A stretch of 63,383 bases of DNA, counting the filler, from Choristocarpus tenellus KU-1152 (taxonomy: Eukaryota; Protista; Phaeophyceae): NCBI GenBank assembly GCA_964200185.2. It is 6 parts of 6 records of this genome, joined end to end, with 100 filler letters (N's around TTAATTAATTAA, not from the genome) between each part and the next. Parts side by side here need not be neighbours in the genome. Positions count along the whole stretch, not along the records: positions 1 to 24,594 come from CAXNAD020000207.1; positions 24,695 to 30,927 come from CAXNAD020008614.1; 4 more parts are not named here. One strand, 5' to 3'. Shown piece after piece: positions 14,260-26,500 of this stretch. The position numbers were made by a program, and so were the translations under genes. Position 1 is the stretch's first letter, and the number at the start of each line of letters is the position of its first letter. Below the pieces are notes generated by a model. The model ran no database searches and was not told the origin of the DNA. It worked only from the letters and a program-made list of their open reading frames with translations.

Positions 14260-17200
14260 ATCTCTTTCTGTGATAGCTCCATCCCAATACTCGTCCCACA
14301 CCTGTGTAAAGCCGGTCCCGCCAATGCCCTCAGTTCCACCATTTCTGGTGTACAGAGCAACCACCTTGTCGTGAGAGGCTGTTGCAAATGTATGCCCATC
14401 AGGTGAGAAACGACACCCCACCACATACTTGGAGTGGTCCTTGAGGGAGGACAGGAGGGACACACCAGGGTGATCCTTCCCCTCTTCACATCCGCTCAAA
14501 GAAGAAGTTGGTAACGCACTGTTTCCCTCCTCTGCTACCAAGGAAAATGGAACTGTCAGCTCAGAGTTGACATTGAAAGGTGAAGAGGGTACATACACAT
14601 AGTACAATCCTCTGTATGCGGGGTGAGTGTGGACAACCAGGTGCACGTGCAGGATTCATCTTTTCAAAAAATATGCAAACTTTGTTTTAAAGTGAGTTGA
14701 TGGTGGAGCCACAAACCCTTTGTCAGTGGGTACTTGTACAACCAGGACATATCACTACATGCATTCCAAGGTCTTCAACTATGGAGAAAATGAACTGAAA
14801 CCGAGAGTACATGCAGTTTCTCCTGAAATAGATCACATTTGCAGTATTCGGAAGTCATTCACCTTATGCTCAGAGAAGTACCTTGCCTCCCCTCCTGAGA
14901 CCACAGTCATTCCGGCGTACAGATCCTACATGGCACTAACTGGCTCTATTAACATTTGTAATGCCATCCTGCTGATGTCTGGAGAACTACCTTGCCTTTC
15001 TACCCCACTATATAACGAAGCTAGGATGGCACACACATCATGGTTGGTGACAGTGGGCATTCTTGACATCCATAATGTCATCCAGCCTATGTCTAGGGCA
15101 GTACCTTACCTTCCCATCCCCATGATTAAGATAGGAAGGCAATGTACTGCTCGGAAAATAGGCTGGATGGCATGGTCAATGTGAAGAACGCTGACTGCCT
15201 GCACCCACGATGAGCCCACCACCCGAGATCCGGCCTTGAGAGGGATAGGAAGGCAAAGGTATTTCTCCAGTCATAAGCTGGATGGCATGGTGAATGTGAA
15301 GAAGGCCTGCAGCTGGTGCAAAAATGTGTTGTCAGGGCCTACATGCACGCGGCTTAGGCTGTCCGCCTGTGCTAAGGCTCAAGCGTGCACACTGATACTT
15401 TCAACAAATTTCATGTCAAACTTGTTAGCTGTTGATAGACAACACATATGCAAAGGGCTTAGTCCACACACAAACTGGAGGAACTCATAAACCTACAACA
15501 ACTGTTGCATGGATTTCCAAGTCAAATTCCAGCTAAAGCATGAGTAAGCAAGGACAAAATCATGCTCTTTTGCTCAAGGCCTACATATGTAAGTAGAGTA
15601 TCTTTTTAGTACCTTGGAAGTCAAACTTGCCAGAGTTCAGCGACTCCACCTCTTCTTCTCGCCTCTCTTTGTCACTGCAGTTGCACATTGGTCCATGTCA
15701 GGACCATTCATGATGTACAAGTGGGTAACAATGTAGTTGGTTGTGTGCCTGGGTGAGCTTGTGGATGGTCAAAAGGTGTATGTGGACCGGAAAAGGCTGG
15801 AGAGCGGACCCCTTATCCATATCTGATGTGAAACATTTGGATTAATTTTAAATTACCATTTTCACCAGCAAACTAGAACCATTAAAACATTTCCGCACTT
15901 GCTCACCTTCTTGTGCCAGACCTTTTGCCCAATGAAACCAGGTGACTAGCCCCGTCCATCCCTCCTACGAGTAGAAGGTCACGACCATGGGTTTGGACAG
16001 GGCAAAAGTCCAACGAAAGCACCGGGGCTTCTAGCCTGAGTCGACCCAGCTCCTGCCTAGCGATGTTGCTAACTGCAACACTACTACTGCTTCTATTATT
16101 GGCAAATTCACTAGCACCCCAATGGGAGACCTGCATGTTCGGGTAGTGGGGGGGAGGCAACGGAGTCCTGAGCGAAATACATCAAAGGCTTTCAGGGACC
16201 GACTCTTGGGGGAAGTTGGATACAGAAATGTTTGCCATGTCAAGTTCACATCATCATTACCAGTTATGGGAAGGTAGGGCTACTGTGTGAGAGTCACTAT
16301 ATTGTTTTGGACAGAATGTAGATAAGGTTGTGACCTCATCATGAAACTAGACTTCACTTTTTGCTTTCTCATCCCTCGGTCTGTAATGAAAATCATGTAG
16401 TAGAGGGAGGACTCATGACCTCGTGAGTGTTGCTCAGCGTGGGTGAGGACTGAAGTCGGTGAGAAGCGCTCTTGGTATGAAACCAGAAGCTCAAAAATTA
16501 CTCCGTGTACCACTAGGAGTGCGGGGCAATGTGTCTTCAACAGAAAATCTGAACTTTGCTAGGAATAAATACTGCAGCCAATAGAGCATTCCAGCATAAT
16601 CCCTCACCAATAAGGTCTTGTCAGCACCACCGCTGGCAAAAATATTAGGCAGTATTGGGTGCACTCTGGCGCACAACACGTTCATGTGATTGTGGCACCC
16701 CTTTAGCACATCTGCCGGTTTCCGAGAGCAAGCATCTCTTCTCCAAAAAGAGATCGATCGTACAAATGGAGAAAAAGCGTGCGGTGGAGATAAGCATGAG
16801 TAGGTGGTTAACAGCATCTGATGTAGCGTCCAACAAGATGATACCTTTTTGGATTACGTCTCAGTAGACAAAAGTTCACAACCGACACACAGCAAAAAGA
16901 AACTTGAAAAAAAGTACCACGAGAAAGGTCCCTAGAGTGAAGACATCTCTTTAGGCAAAGCACAAATTCACAGGCCCACCAACTACGACCTTCCACGTTT
17001 TGTCCAGCCAAATGTAACATTTCCTCGCACTGCCAATTCAGTCACCTGTCTCCTGGAACGACGAAAGGATCAGATACGTCTCCTCCTGCGGCGCCAGCAC
17101 CTACTGTGCCTGCCGCTGTCGATTTGTCTTGGTCAGGGTTGCAACCGTCTTCTAGGGGACGTCGATTTGCATTAACCAGTTCTAGATTTTCCCTCTCGAG

Positions 17201-17685
17201 GTTGGAAACACAGTCCTTCAATCTTACGGTAACAGGGGAAGGGCGTCCCTTCAGCATCGACTTTGATGGTGTGATTTGATGATGGTCAAACCAGGTATCT
17301 CAGTTAAACCGTCTACTCACGATAAATTGACCATAGAAGCTTCTAAGCGACCCGTGAGGTTTCCTGAACATACTAGACCCTAATCGCACACAATGTGACC
17401 ATAACCCACCTCTCTTGCAACCCGACTTTCTTTGCCAGGACAGTGACATACATCAAAAATCGGAAGGGTTGAGCTATTTATAGCCTACCTAAGACATGTT
17501 CAAAAACAAGACATAGGCACTGTCAGTCAACCATTTACCTTTCGAAAGTACACTAACCTCTCCAACTCTGCCAGAAGAGGTGCCTCACGCTGCTGCAAGG
17601 TTGTCAACGACGTCGCTAGCAAGTCGTTCTCTTCCTCGAGGTGGAAGACTCGTGACCTTAGGGACTCACGTTCCTCATCCAACAT
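11740..17685 (-). CDS. WD40-repeat protein with N-terminal coiled coil, ~503 aa, 10 exons: 17685-17558, 17222-17046, ~16737-16608, 16130-15907, 15674-15613, ~14534-14302, 13613-13473, 13199-13093, 12535-12371, 11884-11740
   Basis: Phase-consistent GT-AG exons; N-terminal heptad-rich MLDEERESLRSRVFHLEEENDLL...LKDCVSNLERENLEL; WD40 signatures FASGGADKTL, LKDHSKYVVGCRFSPDGHTFATASHDK, VSPDGKYLLAATDK, LKCHTSVVRDIYHHPSAPVLITASYDKSVCLWK; acceptors of exons 3 and 6 ambiguous by 3 nt. Confidence 0.88.
14207..14259. repeat. (CT)n(CA)n compound microsatellite, intronic
   Basis: Directly visible. Confidence 0.95.
15130..15325 (+). pseudogene. Decayed EsV-1-7 cysteine-rich repeat fragment (two units), antisense inside an intron of the WD40 gene
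   Basis: Translation DRKAMYCSENRLDGMVNVKNADCLHPR*AHHPRSGLERDRKAK/(frameshift)YFSSHKLDGMVNVKKACSWCKN matches the EsV-1-7 pattern (A-x-YC-x-x-HK-x-x-GMVNV...C); one stop and one frameshift. Confidence 0.8.
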
Positions 17686-18989
17686 ACTTGATGAGGAGAG
17701 TAGTGGTATAGATGAAGGAACTAAATTTACCCAATTTATGAATCACTCCCAATTTCCCATAGGGGATACCGTTTTAAGCTATACTCCACCAAGACGAGAT
17801 CATTTGGGGTTGGTGCAAAATGTCACCCTTTTGTTTTTTCATATTATTTTGTATACCCTAACACATTTGGAGAGCACAATAATAAAAATAGATTACACCA
17901 TTAGGTTGGAGAACACTTGACCAACTCTTCTGGTGTATCCTTCATTCTCAACATTCGATCTTGTTTGCAAGGCCCAAGGAGGTGGCCAGGATGATGACGG
18001 TAAGGTAGCCGGACCATTCGGCCTGACCTTGTTACCACTGAACACAGAGACCATCTTGGATCACCTCATCAAACTGGACCAGATCTATATCAATAATCAG
18101 TCTGATAAGTTCAACCTGGGGGCACCATCAGTGATGAAGCCACTATCACTGTTGAGTACAGGTAGAGGATCCAGAAAGCTTGGGGTCGTTTTCGTAAATA
18201 CAATCAAATGTTTCACGCCAAAACTCACTTGGGTGAAAGATTCGAATGCTCGAATCTGATATTCTTGGAGGTCTGTTTCACGTATGGTTGTATTACATGG
18301 ACACTCCGCCAGGTCCATTACCTGTAGCATTCCTCACATTTCCGCAGGCTCTTCTTCCATTGCAATAGATTCGGCAAACGGGAACATATGGATTATATCT
18401 TGTGAAGACTGGGTGTGAGAGTATTTAGGAACTGGTGCTCAAACGGAAGACGTCTACTATTTTGCTGAGTCTGTTGCACATATGGAGAGTGAGCGGATTT
18501 CGACGGTGTTGGTACTTGTAGAACTTATGGCAAGAGAACGGAAGCATAGTAGACAGGAGAAGAACTGCTGGGCATATATCTACAAGACAACCTCGAGAAC
18601 TTTGAGATTTATACATGAATTGAGGGTTGGAGCACTAGGGTCTCGAAACAAAACAACAGGTATGAATGTGTGATTGCTGGGATAACAAGCTTCTTGAACA
18701 AGTGGCATTCCAATGAAGTCGTGATAAGGACTGTACACCATGCTAAACCAACATACCACTATATGTTGAATGCTGAAGTCTCCTTTTATTGTTTTTCCTC
18801 CATCCATATTTATTTTCTCTTCTCTTTCCTTTACATTATATAATGCAGGTAGAACATCATTATCCCCTCGAACATTTTGCCGTGTCAGAGGGGGGGAAAC
18901 AGAGACCAATATAATAGTCGTTTCTAAAATAAACTGTGTTACAAAAATCTCCCCTTGGAGAGTGTTGGCTCTACTAACCAATGTTCATA

Positions 18990-19820
18990 CTCCTATGTCT
19001 CCAACCTAGCCCTATGAAGGTTGGCGAGGAGCTCGGGAATCATCCCAAGAATCTGCCAGACCCCTTCTTGCCCATTTGCCTGGTGTCTCTAACTTGAAAC
19101 GCATGACGAGTCTTAAAAGACCCACTTGTTGTGCAGCGAAGGAGACTATCTGTCTCAAATGAGACCTGAGACACCGTCTTTCCGACAATAAGGGTCACTT
19201 TCCCTCCTATCTTATGGGTAGCTAACTCATCTAGGAAACTTCCTGCTTGTTTACCAAGGCATCCAAAATGTTCCACGAAGGTATTCGGATTTAAACTAGG
19301 ACGGATCAAAAGATCCCTCGTTGTGGGTGCGTTTTTTCGCCTCATCTGCAACACAAAGCCATTCCAGGTGGATGAATGGGTCAAGTAACAGACTGCCTGG
19401 ACCTCGGCAAAAACGGCGTCCAAAAGTAGGCATTTGTCGCTGTAGGTAGCTGAACCGGCCTCCAAAATTACCATAGGATAGAGCACTATGTCCATCCATG
19501 CGGAAGTTCCTGTTGCCCACGGTAAATGGGCTGCCACCCTCCATAATGCAAGGGATACCCATTCCCCTGCAGAGTTGGCGTAGTAGGCGTTTTACCATAG
19601 TCGTGTGCTTGGCGCAACTGCCCTGCCACCCTAGGGCAGGTGCGGGCATGTTTGGTGTCAACATTGTGTTTCCTGCACCAGGCTACTGCCCACCTATTTG
19701 ATAGGATTTCCTCTCTCCCCGGAAACCTGATGGTGGTGGGTTTAAACTCTACAGGAGAAATCCAGCGTGCTGACTCTAAGGGTCTGTGGTGACCCATGCA
19801 TTGGGACCTTGTACACACTA
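18990..19820 (-). mobile_element. 3' fragment of a non-LTR retrotransposon with restriction-like endonuclease (CRE-like), decayed
   Basis: Frameshifted peptides WCRKHNVDTKHARTCPR, FRMD/MDIVL...LLLDAV, EAKKRTH, FVEHFGCLGKQAGSFLDELA; homologous to 21480-22300. Confidence 0.8.
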
Positions 19821-20120
19821 GCTCCAGTGAAAGACTAGACATAGTGTTTTCCCTTTTCTCTTCCTCTTCACGATGAGGTGGTCCTTGTTCCACCTATAAG
19901 TTATTTTCTTTTCTTTCCCTTTTCTCTTGTGGTTTAGATTCTCATGATGTTTTGGTTTCTTGATTGTCGTTGATGACGTTATATTTAATATTAGTATGCC
20001 TTTGACATTTTGGAGATGTGTCAGGGAAAACGCCAAATCAATCTAATAAGAACTCTGTAAAAATAACAGGTGTCGTAAATGTGAAAGATACCTTCAAACA
20101 TCTATATTCTACTTGACCAC

Positions 20121-20296
20121 GACTCAAAGAATCAGGGGGGGGGGGGGCCGTTCGGGGTCCATTTTTCCATATCACAATTTTTGGGTAATTTGGTTGCTTG
20201 CATCGGATGGATAGTATAAGTCCACCACATTTCCTGGTCAGGGCCCGAATGGACACAGTGGTGTAGACCCCCCCCATCTTCCAGATAATTCGAGTC
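20121..20296. mobile_element. MITE (family D, G/C-rich subterminal tracts)
   Basis: Ends GACTCAAAGAATCAGGGG / CCAGATAATTCGAGTC; internal similarity to 33409-33582 and 63280-63383. Confidence 0.65.
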
Positions 20297-20359
20297 TGCC
20301 AGCTGTATGTTTTTTTTAATCAGTAAGTAGTGTTCATCAAGAAAGGAGCTGTCAAATCC

Positions 20360-20535
20360 CGTTTACGACAGATATAGTCTGTCACAACACAAGTGGTTCT
20401 GTCAAGACGTGTCATGGGTTTTAAGTCGGAGACACCAGAGAGATGGCCAAGGAGGGGTCTATCAGATTCTTGGGATGCCTCCCTAGCTCCTCGCGCTGTG
20501 GTGTGGGGCTAAGCTAGGTTGGAGGCATAGCAAGG
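20360..20535 (+). mobile_element. Short 3'-end fragment of the same CRE-like retrotransposon, opposite orientation
   Basis: Reverse complement aligns by eye with 18990-19140 and 21481-21625 (ccaacctagc...gaggagctaggga...ggtgtctcc..cttaaaac.catg). Confidence 0.75.
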
Positions 20536-20719
20536 GAGTGGCGTAGCATAGCTGGTAGTTAAATACTATGTAATAGTAAATTGATTATAGAGATATTTTT
20601 TTACATTTACAACTGTTATTCTTGCAGAGGTACTTATGACAATGAATTGACTTTCCCCCTGATACACCTGCAAAATTTCCAAGGGCAAAATAATGTATGA
20701 AATCTAAGTTGTGTTGTGG

Positions 20720-21060
20720 AAAGGAGGGTTGTATTGAAACCTGGGATTGAATTAATCGTGCTCTTCTACAAATGCCAGGTTGGTTGTGGTGAAGGGGTGT
20801 CATAATGCAATGAAGCACCGGTGAGGTTTGGCTGATGAACCTAGTGACATGCTGTGCACAGTCAGAGGTTATATGGTACAAAGTTGTGGTATTCCTTAAG
20901 ACGCTCAAAAGAAGAAATGCATGCTCTGAGTAGAGGTTTGTCACCTTGTGAATAAGGGTTGTGTGGATGTCTTAAATCTGAATATATTGCATCCAGATGT
21001 GTGTCAAGTACACTTTGTGCAGAGGGAACTCGAGTCTAAGTGCAAAGTCAACCAGAGAAA
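20720..21060. repeat. Unclassified interspersed repeat; second copy at ~29095-29395
   Basis: Shared core atgcatgctctgagtagaggtttg..accttg.gaa...ggttgtg...tctgaata.at..catccag. Confidence 0.65.
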
Positions 21061-21479
21061 TAAAAATAATCAACACATGAGACTCAACTGATGGTTGTGA
21101 TGTAAGATAAAAAAACTTGAATCAGTATTTGGGACAACTCATATGGCACATACTATGCTTGTGTGTTTGACAGATATCGACCGTTACGAACTTCTGATGC
21201 ACCAACGGGTTATAATGATAATCGATTATTATGATGCTCTACCAACGATGGAAATGTGAGTAACGACCAGTACCGATGTGCTAGTTAACAGTCAGTATGA
21301 ACTGGTAATACTGTATAGTATATATATTATTATGTCCTCTGAAACTTTCCAGATATGTCAGGGGGAAAACCAATGAAAACCATTGAAATGCCAGAATAAC
21401 TCCTAAAAAAAAGGTGTCTTAAGTGCGAAAGACATTAATCTATTTACCGTTTTACTACCAGCTATTCTACACCGCTGCC

Positions 21480-24010
21480 CTCCTTTGCCTCCAATCTAGC
21501 TTAGTCCGGCACTCCAGGGTGAGGAGCTAGGGAAGCAACCCCAGATCTAACAATCCCCTCCTTACCCATCTCCGTGGTGTCTCCAGCTTAAAACGCATGG
21601 CACGTCTAGATAGTGCTACTTGCGTTATGAATGAGAATATCTGGCATAGACGGGATTTGAAGCCCCTTTTCTGCTGTAACCTCCTGCCCCTCTCCCCTCT
21701 AACGTGTGTATAGCTAGCTCATCCAGTAAACTTTCCTCTTGCTTACCAAGGCACCCAAGACTTTCCACCATGAAGGTGTTGAGGTTATGACTACGAGGGT
21801 CAAAAGGTCCCTCGTAGTGGGTGCACTTTCGTGCCTCAGTTGCAGCAGCAGCTACACCATTGCTGGTGGGTGAGTGTGGGAGGTGAGATGCTACCTGCGT
21901 TTCTACAGAAGTAACATCTCGAAGGAGGCCTTTGTCCCACCAGGGAGCTGATCCAGCATTTGCTTGTGCCCCAGCATGGAAGACCAGATCCATGCGGAAA
22001 TTTCTGTTCATTGTAAATGGGCTACCAATCTCCATAGTGCAAGGGATGGCCATTCCTTTGCAAAATTGACTGAGACGTTTCACCATTGTGTGTGTTGGCG
22101 AACCTGTCCTCCTGCCCTAGGACAGGTGCGGGCATGTCTGGTGTCGACATTTTGCCTCCTGCAACCGGTCACTGGGCACAAGTTCGATAAGCCCCCCCCT
22201 CTCCCTAGGGATCTGCTGGTGGTGAGTTTAAACTCTATGGGGGGGGAACTGGCATGCCGGCTCCAGGGGTTGTGTTGAGGCCCATGCATTTTCTACTTGT
22301 CCACATTGACTCCGGTGGCGTGCCACGGCTAGCAAGGAACTTTCCTTCCCTATGTTCCACTTCATCAGGTAAGGCGGCAAATTGCTTCCGGAAAGAGTCA
22401 AAGTGGATCCTGTTTAGGAGGCGGGTGATCTCGTGTTGTGCTCTCCTTGTAATTCTGGCATCATGGGCAGCTAGAGTGTGGACCTCCAGGGGGATCAGTG
22501 CGGGGGATGTTGTTTCCCCCCAGGTACCCAGCCTTGGCATTTTTTTCCCGCCAAGTCTTCTGGGGGGACTCCTGTAGAGAGGAGGGTCTGGATGGATGGT
22601 CCCAGGGCCCTTACTGCGGCACTGTACAGATGACTTTTGAGAACGACTCACCATGAGGCCCTTGTTGCCTAGCTAGGAGGGTGGGGAGAGTAGCCACTAG
22701 TGATCCTACAAAAGCTGCGTGTTGGCGATGCTTCATAGGGGATAGACCCAATCCCCCCTCACTTGTGGGTATCTGTGCCTATACTTGTTGGTAGGTTTCC
22801 AGGCGGAGAGACCCATTGCAACACCCCCCTTCAAAAAAATCGGAGACCCCTGCCAAGTCTGCTCGTTATCTTCTCGAGCGTCCATAGTGAGGTTTTGTCA
22901 GCTTGCTCCATGGTGGAGCGTGCCAGGTAGGGGGGAGTGACCCTTGCCAGGTAGCGTAAACGGGAGGAGAGGGACCAGGAGTTGAGGAGCTAGCCACTTG
23001 TTTGTCCTCCATCTCACTGAGGTGAGTGGGCAATGTTCGTGACCAAGAGCACTTGATCACCTCAGTCATGTGGGCTTGGATGAATCCATCTGTTCCCACT
23101 GGAGCCTCCAAAGTAACAAAACTGCTTGGGTTTGGGGCCAGGTTGATTCCCGCTGTGTCTAGGAGTTCCAGTTCTGAGGGCGCGGGTTGGTGACCCCGGG
23201 GAGATGTGACAAAGGTCTTGTCCATGTTCAGGGCAATGCCTACCTTATGAAGATCAGTTTTTAGCTGCTCGAAAGCCAGCTATGGTGTTGAGGTTGATTT
23301 CCCTTGCCGAAATGGATGTGTCATCCGGATAGCTTCGGGAGGAAACTCCCTGGGGTTCAAAGGTAGGCTGGACCCACTGTAGGGCTCTGGAGGTCGCCAT
23401 ACAATATAGGAGGGTGCCAAGGGGGTCCCCTTGTTGTGTCCCTGACCTCGATGGCAATATCTTCATCCCTACCTCATCCAGGCGGAAAAGAAGATTACGG
23501 GTGTCCCCGTAAACCTTGGATACGAGGGTGGGAGTCTCGGGAGAGTCTCTGGGAGAGCCTTGATGAAAGCCAAGCGGCATACACTGTTAAAGGCGTTTCT
23601 TCCAACTAGGCTGATGACCCATTCACCACACTCATTCCTTAGGGAAATGTATAGGAGGGTACGCTCTACCCCGTTTGGAACCCCTAGGCCAGATTGTCTC
23701 ATTCCGCCGATATATTCCGTCAAGTAGGATCACCAGTCTGCACAGAAAGCTGAAGCACATGCCCTTTCTTCTGAAGAAAGAGTTACAGGCAACCAGGCGA
23801 CACTTCTCTCCAATTGTGGACAATCTGGAGTTTGTGTGGAGCGTAAAACTCCGGAGGTACAAAGTTCGGAGAGGTGTAGACTAGCTCCCAAAACTTCGCA
23901 AACACCTCCGCCACTTCTTCATGACCAATATCTGTTGTGATAGCTGATCTGATATGGCTGGGGCACATCTCATCAGGACCTGATGCAGAGCTGCTGTTAA
24001 CCCTCATGAA
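21480..24010 (-). mobile_element. 5'-truncated, frameshifted non-LTR retrotransposon (RT + Cys/His knuckle + RLE; CRE-like clade)
   Basis: RT motifs SASGPDE, QSGLGVPNGVE, NAFNSVCR, GTQQGDPLGTLLYC, YPDD; then CPVTGCRRQNVDTRHARTC, RMDLVF...LLRDVT, EARKCTHY, MVESLGCLG. Confidence 0.88.
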
Positions 24011-24059
24011 GCCCCAGAAACCTTATACTCAGACCAGCGTAAGGAATGTGAAATAAACT

Positions 24060-24528
24060 GTTCCTGGAACTTCAAAGATCTATGGATACAAGAAAACAAA
24101 AACAACACCGTATCGACCTCAAGGCAATAGGATTCTTGAAGGGATTAAAAAAACAATGCACGGGATGTTAGGTATGTATTCCAATATCAAGCAATCGGGT
24201 TGGGTGTCATTAGTGCCTTTTGTGCAACTGGCTCACAATACCGCTGGTAAAACCCTTTTATTTAATGTTTGGGAGACGTCCCACGTTACTAATTGATATC
24301 ATTTTGGGAGAACCAGAGGTCATACCTATTTCTACCCAGGAGTACAGTAAGCAAACGGTGGGTAATTTACAACTAGCATATGAACTGACTTGACAGAATA
24401 TTGGTGAGATGGCTTTGTGCAACGAGTCCAAGGCCACTGAACACACACCATTCCTATTTATGAAGTTGGTGCTAAGGTGTGGCTACACAAACCCCACACT
24501 TCCACAGACGCTCCTAACTCCAAGTTAA
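24060..24528 (+). mobile_element. Ty3/Gypsy integrase remnant
   Basis: GYKKTKTTPYRPQGNRILEGIKKTMHGMLGMYSNIKQSGWVSLVPFVQLAHNT...PFYLMFGRRPTLLIDIILG. Confidence 0.85.
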
Positions 24529-24594
24529 GAGCCAAAGTATCTTAGAGGGTAGAGCCGCGTCCATTTGGGGGTCAAAATCTAATGTTCCGATTTT
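24529..24594. mobile_element. MITE family A end, cut by contig end
   Basis: GAGCCAAAGTATCTTAGAGGGTAGAGCCGCGTCC, near-identical to the start of 34299-34552; preceded by TTAA. Confidence 0.85.
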
Positions 24595-24694
24595 NNNNNN
24601 NNNNNNNNNNNNNNNNNNNNNNNNNNNNNNNNNNNNNNTTAATTAATTAANNNNNNNNNNNNNNNNNNNNNNNNNNNNNNNNNNNNNNNNNNNN
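24595..24694. other. Artificial contig spacer (44N-TTAATTAATTAA-44N); identical spacers at 30928-31027, 35237-35336, 48405-48504 and 53066-53165
   Basis: Identical 100-bp structure five times; the core gives stop codons in all six frames. Confidence 0.97.
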
Positions 24695-25027
24695 CCCCCC
24701 CTCAGATACTTTGGGTCAGACGAGCACAGGCAGCTCCTGTATGGATGAGAAAATCTTGTTGCCGACTCTTTTCAAGTGAATATGTTCTTCTCCTTGACGT
24801 ACGTGGACAAGCTGGAAAAGAGGAGAACGTAGTGCAGTTTCACGTGAGGATGGTATCAACAATGAGAAAAGTGGACACTACAAAGAGGAGTAACAAAATA
24901 AATAGTATGACATATTTATACGTATAACACTATTTTCAATTCCACACTTGGGCATTCAAACTATATGTTGGAGTGTAATACTATTGGTACTGCTGGTGAC
25001 TAGTGTTTCATCTGAAGTGCGCAGGAG

Positions 25028-25065
<38 letters not shown>

Positions 25066-25229
25066 ATGGTGCATTCTTTTTGCAACCCCCAGAGGTGTTT
25101 GGGGATGCCTTATGTTTTTGACATGGCAAGATAAGTGTGTCATAATTTGAAAGCACGAGAATACAGGGAAAATATTGGGCAGTATGTCCACGTAGAGTTG
25201 GATACCACACATATGCGTACCCATTCACC

Positions 25230-26500
25230 AAGAACAAAAATTGATCGATCTTGTCATGGGTGTGTTCCATTGCCAGAAAATCTACTTCGGTCGTCTTGAT
25301 TATTCCCCTCACAATGAGGACAGCAACATATGCCAAGAAATGTGGTTCCTGTTCTCCCTGAGTAGATGGTGAATCTCGGCTAAAAATGTAATATGTTAGG
25401 CATATCCATATTCAAGGTAACTTCCGTCTGGGTGTGGAAGGGAGGGAAAACAGAGGGGGTGGAACAAGTGTCAAGTGAGCCACAGAGGAGATTTAATGTG
25501 ATGCTGGGTTAGGAAGACATGTGAATATGTAAATAGTACATTACGAATCGAAGAATGGGGGTTTGTGTCAGCAAGAATGGTAGAAGAACTCAGTAGTACG
25601 TACCTCGAGCAGTCCACTTGCAGATTATGCAAGAAATCGATTTGAACATCACTTCTCCTTATACAAGGCTGTTGAAAGAGGTCATTGAGAGCGTAGTGGT
25701 GGAGGTGTACACCAAGTTTAACCCTGCTAGATAAGAGACGAATTGGGCCGATATCAAGTATACTTGTATAGTAGGAACACAAGCATCTGCAAAGCACCTT
25801 CTTGTGCACACCGTAGAGACCTTTCCCATTACAATCGGAGACCTTTAGGTCGACTATGCTGAAGCACAGAAATCCAACAACAGAGTCCCTACAGGCAGGT
25901 CTTGATGTACTCTCGGGCCTTTCTGTGCCCATGTAACGAAACAGGGTCGGAAGAATTGAGTTGTTGAGTCATTGGAGCATTTAGCTCTTGCGCAGTGAAT
26001 ATGTATACACAAAAAGAGCATGAGAGACTTGAGACTTACGCATGCCAACTATCGGAGAATGACTCTGTTTTGACATTGAAGGGAGAATGACAGTCACTTC
26101 AAAAGCAGGTCATACCACCAGCGTTGGACAAGAAGACATCGCGCTTACCTTTCTGCGCAACTGGAGCACTTTGAGCCATCTGTCCCTTGTACAAAGTGAC
26201 AAATCGTTTGATGTCTTGAAAATGGCAATGAACATCCTACAGCAAACAAATCCAGCCTCCATGTGCTCATTGCTAAGGGTGGCGAGCATGCAGTTGGGGT
26301 CGTTAGTCTTGGGATGTTGTCCTCCGGGCGTCCTAACCAAAACAACTTGTTTCCTATCCTTTGGACCAGGTTGCATCCATAGCGTAGCCTGATCCTGCTG
26401 AAGTCTAGCTAGCACCCAACATAGCGTTAGGATCAGCAAATTTGTTGAAGTCCTTCGAATTTCATCATTTTCCACCTGCCTCACCAAGATTTATTCTATC
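25230..26500 (-). mobile_element. Decayed DNA-transposase-like relic (Sola-like / DUF7869-like, tentative)
   Basis: RENRNH/(fs)FLAYVAVLIVRGIIKTTEVDFLAMEHTHDKIDQF resembles the RENKN...FL.VGHTHEDIDQ.F motif; upstream RWLKVLQLRRKVSAMSSCPT fragment; broken by stops and frameshifts. Confidence 0.55.

Noticed and set aside
18050-18700. Possible Gypsy 3' remnant on the minus strand
   Set aside because: Only vague peptide resemblance; too decayed to support.
24639-24650. TTAATTAATTAA repeated five times across the window as a biological motif or piggyBac site
   Set aside because: Always centred in 44N+44N; an assembly linker.
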